In this document: positions 36,814 to 47,200 of the stretch, piece by piece
How the letters are laid out: each line of letters begins with the position of its first letter
How positions within the stretch are numbered: position 1 is the stretch's first letter
Source: a virus
Lineage: Duplodnaviria > Caudoviricetes
Strand: one strand, 5' to 3'
DNA length: 64,000 bases
Virus record (IMG/VR): IMGVR_UViG_3300025679_000005
The notes under the pieces: generated by a model
What the model saw: only the letters and a program-made list of their open reading frames with translations
What the model was told of the DNA's origin: nothing
The model's database searches: none
Translations under genes and position numbers: made by a program

Positions 36814-37470
36814 ATGAGCAACGGCTATGTTATCCCCATTGATCCCGCAGAACTAGCCAACCGTTTCTCATACGAGGACCCCCTCTTTGACGATGAGGAT
36901 GAGGAAATAGACGAGGACCTCGTGACCAACGTCAGTGCCGACAGCTTGTCGGACTACTTTTCTGACGGGGACTACGAGAGTCGCATTGCCCCACTCCTGG
37001 ATCGAATACCCGAGCGCGAAGCTGACCTCATCTATCTGTACTTCATCGAGAAGAAGCGTCAGGCGGACATCGCCACCATCTTCGGTGTGACCCAGGCCGC
37101 CATCTCCTACCGCCTGGACCGAGGTATCAAGCGTCTCAAGTTCCTCCTATCGATTCCCCAGCTGACCAAAGAAGAGCTGGAGGCCGACCTTCCATCTGTT
37201 TTCCCCCAGAAAATAGATGTCGACATCCTGATTGGTATGTGGGCCACCACCTGCCAATCAGAGGTCGCCTCCAATTTAGGGTTGACCCAGGGACGAGTCC
37301 GCCACCGCTTCTTCAAGGCCGTCAAGACTCTGGAAGAGGCGGCCCTGAAGGATGAGAGGTATGTACCCTATCAGAAGATCTTTTCCACAATAGCGGAAAA
37401 AAGATTCAACATCCTGAGAGAGGTACGTCTCCCCCAATGGCAAGACCGCGGAGGAGATGAGTGTACTTGA
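36814..37470 (+). CDS. Sigma-factor-like protein with two region-4 HTH domains
   Basis: IPEREADLIYLYFIEKKRQADIATIFGVTQAAISYRLDRG and TCQSEVASNLGLTQGRVRHRFFKA; no region 2. Confidence 0.8.
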   Translation: MSNGYVIPIDPAELANRFSYEDPLFDDEDEEIDEDLVTNVSADSLSDYFSDGDYESRIAPLLDRIPEREADLIYLYFIEKKRQADIATIFGVTQAAISYRLDRGIKRLKFLLSIPQLTKEELEADLPSVFPQKIDVDILIGMWATTCQSEVASNLGLTQGRVRHRFFKAVKTLEEAALKDERYVPYQKIFSTIAEKRFNILREVRLPQWQDRGGDECT

Positions 37471-37517
37471 GCACTTATGAACTCGCAAATATATTCAGAA
37501 CAATGTTTTGAAAACAG

Positions 37518-37545
37518 TTGCTACATGGGTGTGATGTGCTAAGAT
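37518..37545 (+). promoter_or_regulatory. sigma70-like promoter with extended -10 (TTGCTA-N16-TAAGAT, TG at -15/-14)
   Basis: TGcTAAGAT at 37537-37545; the predicted start site falls at the ATG 37551. Confidence 0.5.
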
Positions 37546-37550
37546 CACCT

Positions 37551-38660
37551 ATGTATTTTAAGCACAACCTTAGTCAGACCCCTGAATACAAGTGCTGGCA
37601 GCAGATCAAGTCTCGTTGCTTGAATCAAGACCATCGGGCGTACCCCAACTATGGCGGCCGAGGGATCATGATTTGTCCGGAATGGCTGAACGACTTTGAG
37701 TCATTCTATGCTTACGTGGGGCCGCGCCCGACTCCAAAGCATTCTCTAGACAGGTTCCCAAACAACGATGGGGACTACGAGCCTGGAAACGTACGTTGGG
37801 CAACCTGGGACGAACAGGTGGTCAATAGAAGGCCACACGGAGAGGGCAACACCTTGCCTCCTAGGCCCAGGTCTGAAAAAGTCACCAACTTCAAGCATGG
37901 CCTGATAGGTCGCCCGGAATATAAAAATTGGTCTGCGATGAAGGATCGCTGCCTCAATGAGAGTAGCTCGAACTACCCACATTGGGGTGGTAAAGGAGTC
38001 AAGGTGCATCCGGAATGGATCCACGACTTCGTAGCTTTCTTTCAATACATGGGGCCTAAGCCTACGCCCCAGCATTCATTAGACAGGTTCCCGAACAAGG
38101 GCGGGAACTACGAGCCAGGCAACGTTAGGTGGGCCACGAAGCGTGAGCAGAACCTGAATAGGCATGCATTTGTTACAGGCCCAGCCCACGGTAACCATGG
38201 TCACGGGGGCGTAGGCACTCCCGAGTACAAGGCTTGGACAAGCATCAAGACTCGCTGCTTCAACCCAAATCACGATGGCTACGCTGCATACGGGGCGTTG
38301 GGCATTACCATGTGTCAACGGTGGAAAGATGACTTTCCGGCTTTTATCCAGGACTTGGGACCCAGGCCTTCAGAGGGTCACGTGGTAGGACGTACCGACC
38401 TCGCTGCTTCCTATTCTTGTGGTAAGTGCGAGGAGTGCCTTGCGAAACAGTGGCTGTCCAATTGCCAGTGGACTTTGAGGAGCCTAGCTCAGAACCGCAA
38501 CCGTCGCTCAAACAAGCTGACCTTTGAGAAGGCGGAGTTGATCCGGCAACGATTGTCGGACGGGTGCACCTACAAGGCCGTAGCCGAAGAGTTTGGGATT
38601 GGGGTTTCGCTGGTCGGGAAGATCAAGTGCGGGGATATCTGGGCCCGCCCCACCCCGTAA
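37551..38660 (+). CDS. Homing-type nuclease with three tandem HNH-like units and a C-terminal HTH
   Basis: Three copies of TPEY..W..(I/M)K.RC.N...Y..YG..G......W..DF..F....GP.P....; first two retain SLDRFPN..G.YEPGNVRWAT. Confidence 0.85.
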   Translation: MYFKHNLSQTPEYKCWQQIKSRCLNQDHRAYPNYGGRGIMICPEWLNDFESFYAYVGPRPTPKHSLDRFPNNDGDYEPGNVRWATWDEQVVNRRPHGEGNTLPPRPRSEKVTNFKHGLIGRPEYKNWSAMKDRCLNESSSNYPHWGGKGVKVHPEWIHDFVAFFQYMGPKPTPQHSLDRFPNKGGNYEPGNVRWATKREQNLNRHAFVTGPAHGNHGHGGVGTPEYKAWTSIKTRCFNPNHDGYAAYGALGITMCQRWKDDFPAFIQDLGPRPSEGHVVGRTDLAASYSCGKCEECLAKQWLSNCQWTLRSLAQNRNRRSNKLTFEKAELIRQRLSDGCTYKAVAEEFGIGVSLVGKIKCGDIWARPTP

Positions 38661-38670
38661 AATAGGCCCT

Positions 38671-38681
38671 TTTCTACTTAT
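38671..38681 (+). promoter_or_regulatory. TTTCTACTTAT, candidate late promoter at the start of the structural block
   Basis: AT-rich island containing TACTTAT about 30 nt before the first structural gene. Confidence 0.4.
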
Positions 38682-38711
38682 GGCCCGGCGTTAACGGAGG
38701 AGTCTACCCCC

Positions 38712-39620
38712 TTGACGCTTTCCCCCGCCCGTATCCAAACTCAAGATGTTCAGTTCAGTGTCCTGGTAAGTGCCAGGACTTGGCGTTGGACAACGCGCAT
38801 GGACGTGTCGGGACCATCCCCCACATTCCAAATCGTTGATATCGTTACGCCTTTTGGATTCTTGAGGGATTCCATTCCTCTTCCAGGGGATGTCGTCCAG
38901 TCGATGGCTACATCGATCCAGACCATGATGACGAACTTCAAGCCCACTATGCTGTTGGGCCCGCCTTCGTCCCTTGTGTTCAGTGTTGATGAAGGTCGCG
39001 GAATGTCCCCTTCACAGGCAGGTCTGCTGACGAATATCGGAGTTTTCGGGTCATTGCTCGACGGTTCCTTGGCTTCTTCGGCAGATTACGTAGAGGTTTT
39101 GCCAGCTGTTATTGGGGGGTTGGCCAGTAACCAGTACGGTAGCTTCAATGTGATCGTGGATTCTACGGATTTGTTGGCGGTCAGCAGCCCTTACAGTGCA
39201 TCCATAACGGTGCAGGACCTGACCGCTACGACACCATCCTTGACATTTCCAATCACCATCAACGTCCGGCCGAAGGCTGTCATTTCCACGAATGTGGCCA
39301 TGGTTGTTTTCAATGTGGACTATCCGTTGGGCGGGGAGTACCCCCCGATAGACAGCTTACCTTTTTTGGTCACCAACACGGGGCTGACTAACTCGGTGCT
39401 GGAGTATCAAATCGTTCGTTTGGTGGGCTTGTCCCAGAACTGGCTCACGGGGTTCCTTCCCAGCAGCGGCTCTTTGAATGCGGGGGGTAGCGCAACGATC
39501 AACGTTAGTATCGCCCCTATCACGGGTCTGTACCCTGGGACTTACGAGGAGACCCTTCGAATCAGTGGGTACAGTTCTAACGCTTACACGGATGTTCTCA
39601 TCAGACTCGTGATTACGTGA
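38712..39620 (+). CDS. Virion protein with two Ig-like (BACON-type) domains
   Basis: Beta-rich repeats ...TNIG..GSLL... and ...VTNTG..NSVL.Y...WL...PSSGSL..GGS..I.V.....GL.PGTY...L.ISG. Confidence 0.65.
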   Translation: MTLSPARIQTQDVQFSVLVSARTWRWTTRMDVSGPSPTFQIVDIVTPFGFLRDSIPLPGDVVQSMATSIQTMMTNFKPTMLLGPPSSLVFSVDEGRGMSPSQAGLLTNIGVFGSLLDGSLASSADYVEVLPAVIGGLASNQYGSFNVIVDSTDLLAVSSPYSASITVQDLTATTPSLTFPITINVRPKAVISTNVAMVVFNVDYPLGGEYPPIDSLPFLVTNTGLTNSVLEYQIVRLVGLSQNWLTGFLPSSGSLNAGGSATINVSIAPITGLYPGTYEETLRISGYSSNAYTDVLIRLVIT

Positions 39621-39630
39621 GGTATTTTTG

Positions 39631-39915
39631 ATGGCCAACTTCAAGCTAGACCAGATCCAAAGCACTTCCTCGGGCATGGACGCCTTTTTCGAGTCGGAAC
39701 CGGCGATCGTGACTCCCTTGGGTCAGAAGACCGCCGCAGTCGCTAAGCCTCATCGCATTCGTGTGGCCTCACTGGGCCAGCTCAACGAGTTCACTAGGGT
39801 GGCCTCGGACCAACTGATCCACAAGTCGACCAATGACCTCTGGTCTATCCGCAAGGAAGGCGAAGAGTTCTACATCGAGCGCCAGTTCGACAACAGTTCC
39901 CCAGTAAAGGGCTGA
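39631..39915 (+). CDS. Small virion-module protein
   Basis: GAGG SD; RVAS repeated; LIHKSTNDLWSI. Confidence 0.7.
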   Translation: MANFKLDQIQSTSSGMDAFFESEPAIVTPLGQKTAAVAKPHRIRVASLGQLNEFTRVASDQLIHKSTNDLWSIRKEGEEFYIERQFDNSSPVKG

Positions 39916-39918
39916 ACC

Positions 39919-41268
39919 TTGAGCAACCGAGACCTTATCAAGCGCGTAATGGCGAAGACCGCTACTGTTCAAAAGACAGCAGCGTTTCCGCCATTCGCTG
40001 AGAACGGCCCGCCCCAACCGCCTGAAGAGGATGGGGGTGGTGGCAACAGTCCTGTTGGCGGCAAGAGGAACATTCCGAAGGATCATCCTTACGATCCCAA
40101 GGCTTTGAAGCCGATGGCCACAGCCCTCTGGGCAGCCAGTGTCAGTTTGGGCCACGCCCTGACGGCTTATCGTCACCTCAGCCGCTTGAAATCCGCTACC
40201 ATCAGCCCTGATGGTATGTTGGGTGGGCGTGGCTACGTCATGGGAGTGCCCGACGTACGCAAGAAGCTCTACGCAGCCTGCGAGGCCTTGAGTGCTATCA
40301 CCGACACCCTCCACGACGAGATCACGGCTCCTCATTGGCGCCCAAAGTTGGCGCTGTTGGACGAGACTGATGCCGAGGAGATCGAACAGTACCTAGAGAA
40401 GTCTCAAGGGATCCTCGACGATCCGGAGGCGGAGGTCGAAGAAGAAGAGGAAGAGATTGAGGGCGGCAAGGACAAGCCGGAGAAAGAGCCGGAAGAGGCT
40501 TCGAGCATGCCAGACGGTGGTAGCGGCAACGAAACCAGCCAGGCTGTCCCGATGATGCGCCCGAAAGAGGCCTCCTTCAACCCCTACGATCGCACCGCCA
40601 ATTCCTCGGTTTCCCCAGGAGCTTTGGGTGGGCCCAGGGTTGAGCACCTAGACCGTGAAGACCAGCCGGACCCGGAAATGGCCTATGATGGTTGGGGGTA
40701 TCCCTCAATGATCGAACACCAGGAATCTGAGAATGGTGAGGGTAACCTTAGTGATCGCGGAGCTGGTTCGGGTATGCCAGGGGCAGTGACCGACACGACT
40801 CCGACGGAGGCCTATGACTTTGGTCTGGGCTACGGAGCTAACGGCCAAGGTGCCGGTGGTTACGGGAACCCTTCAGGTGAGGGTAACGGCACGAAAGGTG
40901 TGTTCGGACCGACCAGCGGCCTTCCAGGCGGTGGCTCAGGGTCGTCCGGGGACACCACCCCAGAGTTCAATGCCGAGGTCAGTGATCGTCATTCAATGGA
41001 TTCACTGCCCAACGATGATCAGCCTCCGGTTGCCCGTTCTGACTATTATCAGGGAGATAAGGGCAACATGGTGAATGATTCGGGCCCGATGGCTCAATCG
41101 GAGATGCCCGCTGAGCCGACCCCAGGTGGCGAGATGTCTCCCAGTATGATGAATACAGACTACACGTACACTGACATGGAAACACCGTACGTACGCTACG
41201 ACTATACGACCCCCAACTATCGGCCGGATCCCCTCCACAATTGGCCCGAAAAACAGCAGACAGGATGA
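39919..41268 (+). CDS. Probable internal head protein: helical N-terminus and a G/P/D-rich disordered tail
   Basis: 449-aa ORF in the structural block; KTA, KEAS and RTA motifs. Confidence 0.7.
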   Translation: MSNRDLIKRVMAKTATVQKTAAFPPFAENGPPQPPEEDGGGGNSPVGGKRNIPKDHPYDPKALKPMATALWAASVSLGHALTAYRHLSRLKSATISPDGMLGGRGYVMGVPDVRKKLYAACEALSAITDTLHDEITAPHWRPKLALLDETDAEEIEQYLEKSQGILDDPEAEVEEEEEEIEGGKDKPEKEPEEASSMPDGGSGNETSQAVPMMRPKEASFNPYDRTANSSVSPGALGGPRVEHLDREDQPDPEMAYDGWGYPSMIEHQESENGEGNLSDRGAGSGMPGAVTDTTPTEAYDFGLGYGANGQGAGGYGNPSGEGNGTKGVFGPTSGLPGGGSGSSGDTTPEFNAEVSDRHSMDSLPNDDQPPVARSDYYQGDKGNMVNDSGPMAQSEMPAEPTPGGEMSPSMMNTDYTYTDMETPYVRYDYTTPNYRPDPLHNWPEKQQTG

Positions 41269-41271
41269 ACG

Positions 41272-43260
41272 ATGGCTGATCTTGGTGACCTAACAGACTT
41301 CATCAAAGAAGGTAGCTCTGGCGTTTCCGACCTCGATTGGTTGGATGTCGACGAGGCGGAGTACCGCAAGAACGACACTCTCCCCAAGCAGAACCTGGAC
41401 ATTGCTCCAGATCTCATTGCCTTGTGGAGCCACCAGGACCAATCGCCTTCATCTCTAGTACCCAACAAGGGCGAACCCAAGACGATGGGCGATCTCTCGT
41501 CTATCCATGGGCATCTCCGAGCGGTGCCTGAAGACCTGATGCGTACAGCCCGTCTGGCTATCATGCAGTCGACTGATCCCAAGAAGATCAGCCACGCATT
41601 GTCTTCTAGGTACGATGCCAACATCCTCGCAACTGCCAAGACAGCCCTTGCTACAGTATTCGCTGAACGGGGCCTCCTTGGTAAGTTGTACATCAGTGCT
41701 TCGGACTTCCCGGACTGCAATAAGGGTGGCAAGATTGCCTCCGAGTTCGTTCGTCGCTTTGCCTTGGATGCTCCTTTCGTTGTCGCAAAGGTTGCGTGCA
41801 GCGATTGCGTTCATCGTCAAATCACGGCCAACGGCAGCAGCCATTGCGGGGTTTTCCACAAGGAACTACAAGTGGAAGTGCCCTACTCCAATGAACTAGC
41901 GTCTACGGTAGAGAGGCAACAGGCTTCCAGGGGCAAGGCTGTCCTCGCTTCTACGGGAACTACTCCGAAGGAACGTATTCGCCAAGCCTTCTTGGGCCAG
42001 GCTTCTACGGGAACTCAGGGCTTCACGGGTATTCCACAGGCCCCTCAAGCAGCTATTGCTCAAGGCGATACAAGCCAGCAACTGATTGCGGTTGCCAGCC
42101 TCACGAAGAAGCGTGATGCCGAAGGCCAGCAGAAGCTTGCAGCTGCTAAAGCACGCCCGATCATCGCTCTCCTCACTAAGGAGATGCTCAAGGGGCATGG
42201 CGAGCCCGAACTGGTTCACGCACTTCGTCTAGCCTTCGACTTGACTTTGCTCGAAGAGACCAAGGCTGAATGGGTGCCCCTCTTCAAGGAGGCTGGCCTG
42301 TTCGGTGCGGTTTATTCGAACCAGACAGCCTTTGATGACTGCCGTGAAGGAGCAGACTTCATCAACAAGCATGGATCGAAGATCCGGGCCATTGTTGCAG
42401 GCGAGAAGTGCGGCTCTTGCATCTTCAACAAGGTTGGCCGCTGTATGATGTATGGGCGTCAGCTAGTGGCATCTGCGGACGCAGTCCTCAATACGCAGAC
42501 CGTGTCTGCGGTATTGGATGAGCATCGGATCGCTGGCAAACTTCCCCACGATGCTGCCAAGTACTCATGGGGGGACACCCCCATGGAGGCTCTCAAGGCC
42601 ATCCACAAGGCTGCTTCTGCACCTTTGGCGTCCTCTGGCCCCAGCGTCCGCAGCTCAATCGAGAAGGCTTTCTACGGGCAGACTCGTGCGGCAAATACCA
42701 GTGACCTGACCAAGCGTGAGATCCTGAAGACTGCTTCGAGGTACATGAACGAAGGTCTATACGGAGATGACCTTCTCAATGTGCTGAAGAGCCGCTTCGA
42801 TGTCCGGGATCTCACTGCCACGGCCGGAGATCTCAAGGTCGTGTTGGCGGAACAAGGCCTACAGGGTATCAAGTTCATCGACCCAACGGTTTACGACGAT
42901 TACGGCAAGGGTTGTCACACGGCCGCTAGCGCCCATCGTTCACGGGCCGCTGTCCAATATCTCAAAGTCGGTGACAAGTGCGGTTCTTGCGTTCATCAGA
43001 CCCGGGTCGGGTTCTGTTCCGTCATCAACAAGCAGTTGGTCGTGGAGCCCCCTTACATCGACAAGCTGGCTGAACAGCGTGCGATCTTGGCGTCGGGGAA
43101 CTCGACGGTGGTTTCCTACGAGAGCCTCATGAACAACGGTCTGAGTATGATGCAGGAGTATCAGCTCCAGCACGACACAGAGGGTTCCATCGACCTTCAG
43201 CCAGAGTTCAAGGTGGGCTCAGACACCATCGAATTCGGGACTCAGAAAGTCAAGCTGTGA
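41272..43260 (+). CDS. Virion-module protein with three Cys4 repeats
   Basis: Three units E.GL.G..(Y/F).....(F/Y).D...G ... CxxC ... C. Confidence 0.75.
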   Translation: MADLGDLTDFIKEGSSGVSDLDWLDVDEAEYRKNDTLPKQNLDIAPDLIALWSHQDQSPSSLVPNKGEPKTMGDLSSIHGHLRAVPEDLMRTARLAIMQSTDPKKISHALSSRYDANILATAKTALATVFAERGLLGKLYISASDFPDCNKGGKIASEFVRRFALDAPFVVAKVACSDCVHRQITANGSSHCGVFHKELQVEVPYSNELASTVERQQASRGKAVLASTGTTPKERIRQAFLGQASTGTQGFTGIPQAPQAAIAQGDTSQQLIAVASLTKKRDAEGQQKLAAAKARPIIALLTKEMLKGHGEPELVHALRLAFDLTLLEETKAEWVPLFKEAGLFGAVYSNQTAFDDCREGADFINKHGSKIRAIVAGEKCGSCIFNKVGRCMMYGRQLVASADAVLNTQTVSAVLDEHRIAGKLPHDAAKYSWGDTPMEALKAIHKAASAPLASSGPSVRSSIEKAFYGQTRAANTSDLTKREILKTASRYMNEGLYGDDLLNVLKSRFDVRDLTATAGDLKVVLAEQGLQGIKFIDPTVYDDYGKGCHTAASAHRSRAAVQYLKVGDKCGSCVHQTRVGFCSVINKQLVVEPPYIDKLAEQRAILASGNSTVVSYESLMNNGLSMMQEYQLQHDTEGSIDLQPEFKVGSDTIEFGTQKVKL

Positions 43261-43649
43261 AAGATAGTCCCGCACGTCGTGTGGTCGCCCGCTTCAAGCA
43301 GGCAGACCAGCAACCCGGGGCTCGTCAAAAGGCGTGGAAGAACACCACACCCATAAACAAGCCCAAGGGGATCGGCCGAGAAGTGACCAAGGACTACGCC
43401 GTGTCCAAGGATGAGGGCGGTGAAGTAGTTGAGGCCGATCGTAGAGATCTCCGACCAGAGGATGTCTTCAACGTCACTCCTGACCAAACAGGGGTTCTGA
43501 ACCTGGCCCAATCGGGCAAGGATCTGTCCAAGGCAATTGAGAAGCAAGTACCTAAAGACAAGGGCTACGATGTAGTCCGCAATCTGTCGCAGTACCTTAT
43601 TCGCACCGAGGGGAACGGAGCGGAGGGGACGGCGGAAGGCAAGAAATGA
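43257..43649 (+). CDS. Small virion-module protein
   Basis: GTGA-coupled start; RRVVARFKQA. Confidence 0.65.
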   Translation: MKDSPARRVVARFKQADQQPGARQKAWKNTTPINKPKGIGREVTKDYAVSKDEGGEVVEADRRDLRPEDVFNVTPDQTGVLNLAQSGKDLSKAIEKQVPKDKGYDVVRNLSQYLIRTEGNGAEGTAEGKK

Positions 43650-44254
43650 ACATGACAGACACGAAGGATGATTACTTGGAAAATCTGGAAAGCATGGCTA
43701 ACGAGTCGACCAAGATCGGCCCAATGGCGATGGTAGTCCCAGTACATGCAGCTACTGGCCCCATCAAGCGTGGCGTCGGCCGCCCCAAGAAGATCAATCC
43801 CCAGCCTACTGTGAATGAATTGGCGTACCACGCTGAGATGCAGAGGCTTAAGGCGGAGTACACGAACGACATCGACACTGTTAATAAGGCAGTGCGGGGG
43901 CGTGTTGACTCCTTGGAGACCCTACAAAGGATCAAGGAAGAGATCGCAACGGAAGCCGCGTCACTGTACTGTGACCGCGTAGAAGCTGCGAAGTACGGTA
44001 AAGATACGACTCAAATATCGAGTCGTAGGATCGGAGCCCTCAAGGAAGTGGCTTCGATCGAGCTTGAGATGAGGCGGTTGGGCACCAACTTCATCGATCT
44101 CAAGAGTGAACGTTTTCAGAAGGTCTTCGCTTTCCTTCTCGATTCAATTCGAAATGCGGCAACGGCGACATTCTCTTCTGAGCAAGTGGATATGCTTTTC
44201 AACCGCCTAGAGACCGAATTAGAGGGCTGGGAAGAAAAAGCCCAGAATCTCTGA
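43646..44254 (+). CDS. Possible terminase small subunit
   Basis: Directly upstream of the large terminase; AT-hook-like GRPKK; helical. The call rests on position. Confidence 0.45.
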   Translation: MNMTDTKDDYLENLESMANESTKIGPMAMVVPVHAATGPIKRGVGRPKKINPQPTVNELAYHAEMQRLKAEYTNDIDTVNKAVRGRVDSLETLQRIKEEIATEAASLYCDRVEAAKYGKDTTQISSRRIGALKEVASIELEMRRLGTNFIDLKSERFQKVFAFLLDSIRNAATATFSSEQVDMLFNRLETELEGWEEKAQNL

Positions 44255-44262
44255 GGTAGCTA

Positions 44263-47200
44263 GTGGCTGAGAAGAAACGAGAGGGGCTGGTCAATCTAGT
44301 CCGGAACGCCAACCAGAAGGTCAAAGCCACTCAAGCTGTGGCCACCAATTCAGGTGCGGGTGGTGGCGGCCTAGGTGGCGGCCCCAAGATCTTCAGTGTG
44401 CTCGAATACATCGAGCAGCCTTGGGGTTTGGCAATGAACCTATACCCTGCCCAGCGCTTCCTGGTGAAGCTCTATTACAATCTGGAGCTGGACACCAAGA
44501 TCCCTGACGATCCTAACAAGCGTATCCAAGTCACGGACATGCTCAAGACCAAGATCCTGTACGAGCTGTCTGAGAGGGATTACCTGACATACCTCTTCAA
44601 TGAGGGCCGGTGCAATATCGGGGAGCAGGATCACGACCGACGTGAATTGGTGCTTTCCATCGGTAGAAGAGGGGGTAAATGCGTCTGTGGGGATACCCTC
44701 GTATTGACGAATGACGGCATTCGTCAAATAGCTGATTTAGGGACGGCCCTTGAGGACGGCTTTTCGCCCTTGGAATTAGGAATAGTCCAAGAAGCAGGCA
44801 AGAGGTCCACTTCCGCTGCATTCTACAACGGGGGAGTTAAACCGACTTTCTCAGTCAAAACAGACTCTGGGTACAGCCTCAAAGGGACGGGCCCCCATCG
44901 AGTTAAAGTGCTGACTAAGACAGGTAAAGTCGAATGGGTCTACCTGGATCAACTACAGGTAGGCGACTTCGTAGCGATCAACCGCTCGACTGACCTATGG
45001 GCGGCCAAATTGATGGATTTACGCCCGTTTCACAATGAAACGGGTCGTAAGGACGTTAGACTACCGGAGCTGTTAGACGAGCGTTTAGGCAACTTCATCG
45101 GTTACTTGGTTGGTGACGGCACTTGGGGAGACGACCACGCCGTATCTGTGACAGTGGAGCACCCAGAGACGTGGGCTTACTTGAAGGAAGCCTTTCAGAC
45201 ATTGTTGGGGGAACCCAGAGTCCAGATGGACGAAAGAACTGTAAACACCGGGCGCCTAGAGTTCTGTAGCGTCAGGGCCCGAAGGTTTTTTGACGATATT
45301 GGCTGGAAGCAGGATTGTGCGAGAGATCAGAAGATGATCCCTTGGTCTATTCTTCAGTCGCCGAAGTCCGTCGTATGCGCCTTCTTGAGAGGTTTATTTG
45401 AGACAGATGGGTGTGCCGAGAGTGGTGGTCGAAGCATCACTTTCTCATCAGCTAGCTTTCGGTTGGCCCATGAGGTTCAGATTGTGCTGCTGAATCTAGG
45501 TATCGTCTCGAACGTAGCCCGTAAGTGGAACTCAAAGACAAAAAAACACTATGCTAATTTGAGGGTCAAAGGCACGAGGTCTAGACGCCTGTTCGCTCAA
45601 TTGATAGGTTTCGATTCAGATAAGAAGCGCCTGCCAATGCTGGCCTCTTTGGAACTTGCTCAAGAGGGTAAGTCTGACACAGAGAGCATTCCACATCAGT
45701 ACTCGGCAATTCGAGATTGGCTGGAGTCAATACCCAAGGCGGGGCCTGGAGCTGGGCACAGGCGCTCTAGGCTAAGGGATGTCTTAGCCAACACCTGTAA
45801 GCCTAGTTCAGGTGAAGATCTGACCTACCCACGGCTGGCCAAGGCAATCAGTGTGGCTAAGGAAATGGGGGCAGGGGAACAGGAAACAGCCCACTTCGAA
45901 GAGTTGGCCAGATTGGACTACTTCTACGATGCCGTGACCTCAGTAGAACAAGGGGAAGACCAGGTTTATGATTTGACCGTACCTGATGGGGAGGCATTCG
46001 TTGCGAATGGTATGACCAATCACAACACAACTCTGTCGGGAATCTTCGCTTCCTACGAGGTGTACCGACTTCTTAATCTGTACAATCCCCAGGAATACTA
46101 TGGCCTGCCTAACGGCAACCGTATCCAGATCATCTCGGTAGCTACGGACAAGGACCAGGCAGGACTGCTCTTCAACGAAGTGGCCTCCCATATCGTGAAG
46201 TGCGAGTACTTCAAGCCGCATACAGCGTCCAATACCCAGACGTTTTTGAACTTCCGCACGCCTTACGACATCGAGAAGTTTGGTACTGATGTCCGCAACG
46301 GGGATGGCAAATACCAGTCCTTGAACGGTAAGGCCACCATCCGCGTCACCTTCAAGGGTGCAAACGGCAAGGGGCTCCGTGGTGCAGGTAACGTCGTTAT
46401 CATCCTCGACGAGGTTGCCCACTTTCTTGACAAGGGTGGGGGCTCTGCCGAGGAAGTGTACGGTGCCGTAGTGCCCTCATCGGCTGCCTTCTCCAAGAAG
46501 GATCAGAAGACTAAGCGTGCTTTGATTGATCCGATTACGGGCATAGAAGCCCCTGTGGAGAGCAGGGTCATTCTCATCTCATCTCCCTTGGGCAAGTCCG
46601 GCTTGTTTTACGACAAGTTCGATCTGGCTATGCGTGGCGGTCCCGGAGCACACAACATCCTTGCTATCCAGGCCCCTACCTGGGAGATCAATCCGACGGT
46701 CCCCTCCTCCTACTACAAGGAGAAGTACCACGCGAATCCGATCACCTTCGTGACTGAGCACGGCGCTCAGTTCAGCGATCAGGTACGTGGTTGGATTGAG
46801 CGTGAGTCGGATCTACAGGCCTGCATCAACCCAATACTACAGCCCAAACTAGCTGGGACCCCCAGGTCACCCCATCAAATGGGAATCGACGTAGGCCTTG
46901 TAAACGACGGTACAGCCATCGCCATTACACACGTTGAGGGGGACAAGATCGTCCTCGACTACCATGAAATATGGTATGCTGGAGAGAATTGGCGTGAGGC
47001 TAACCCGCATCTGGACTTCAGTGTGGCGACAGACTACGCCAAGAGCCTGGGGAATGTCCAGCGCATCGACTTTGATGCCATCGGGGAATGGATCTTGGCT
47101 CTGTGTAAGAGATTCCACATCACCGCCGGCATCTTCGACCGTTGGAATGGCATCCCCTTGGAGCAGTTCCTGCACAAGCACGGTCTGAAGCAATTCACCT

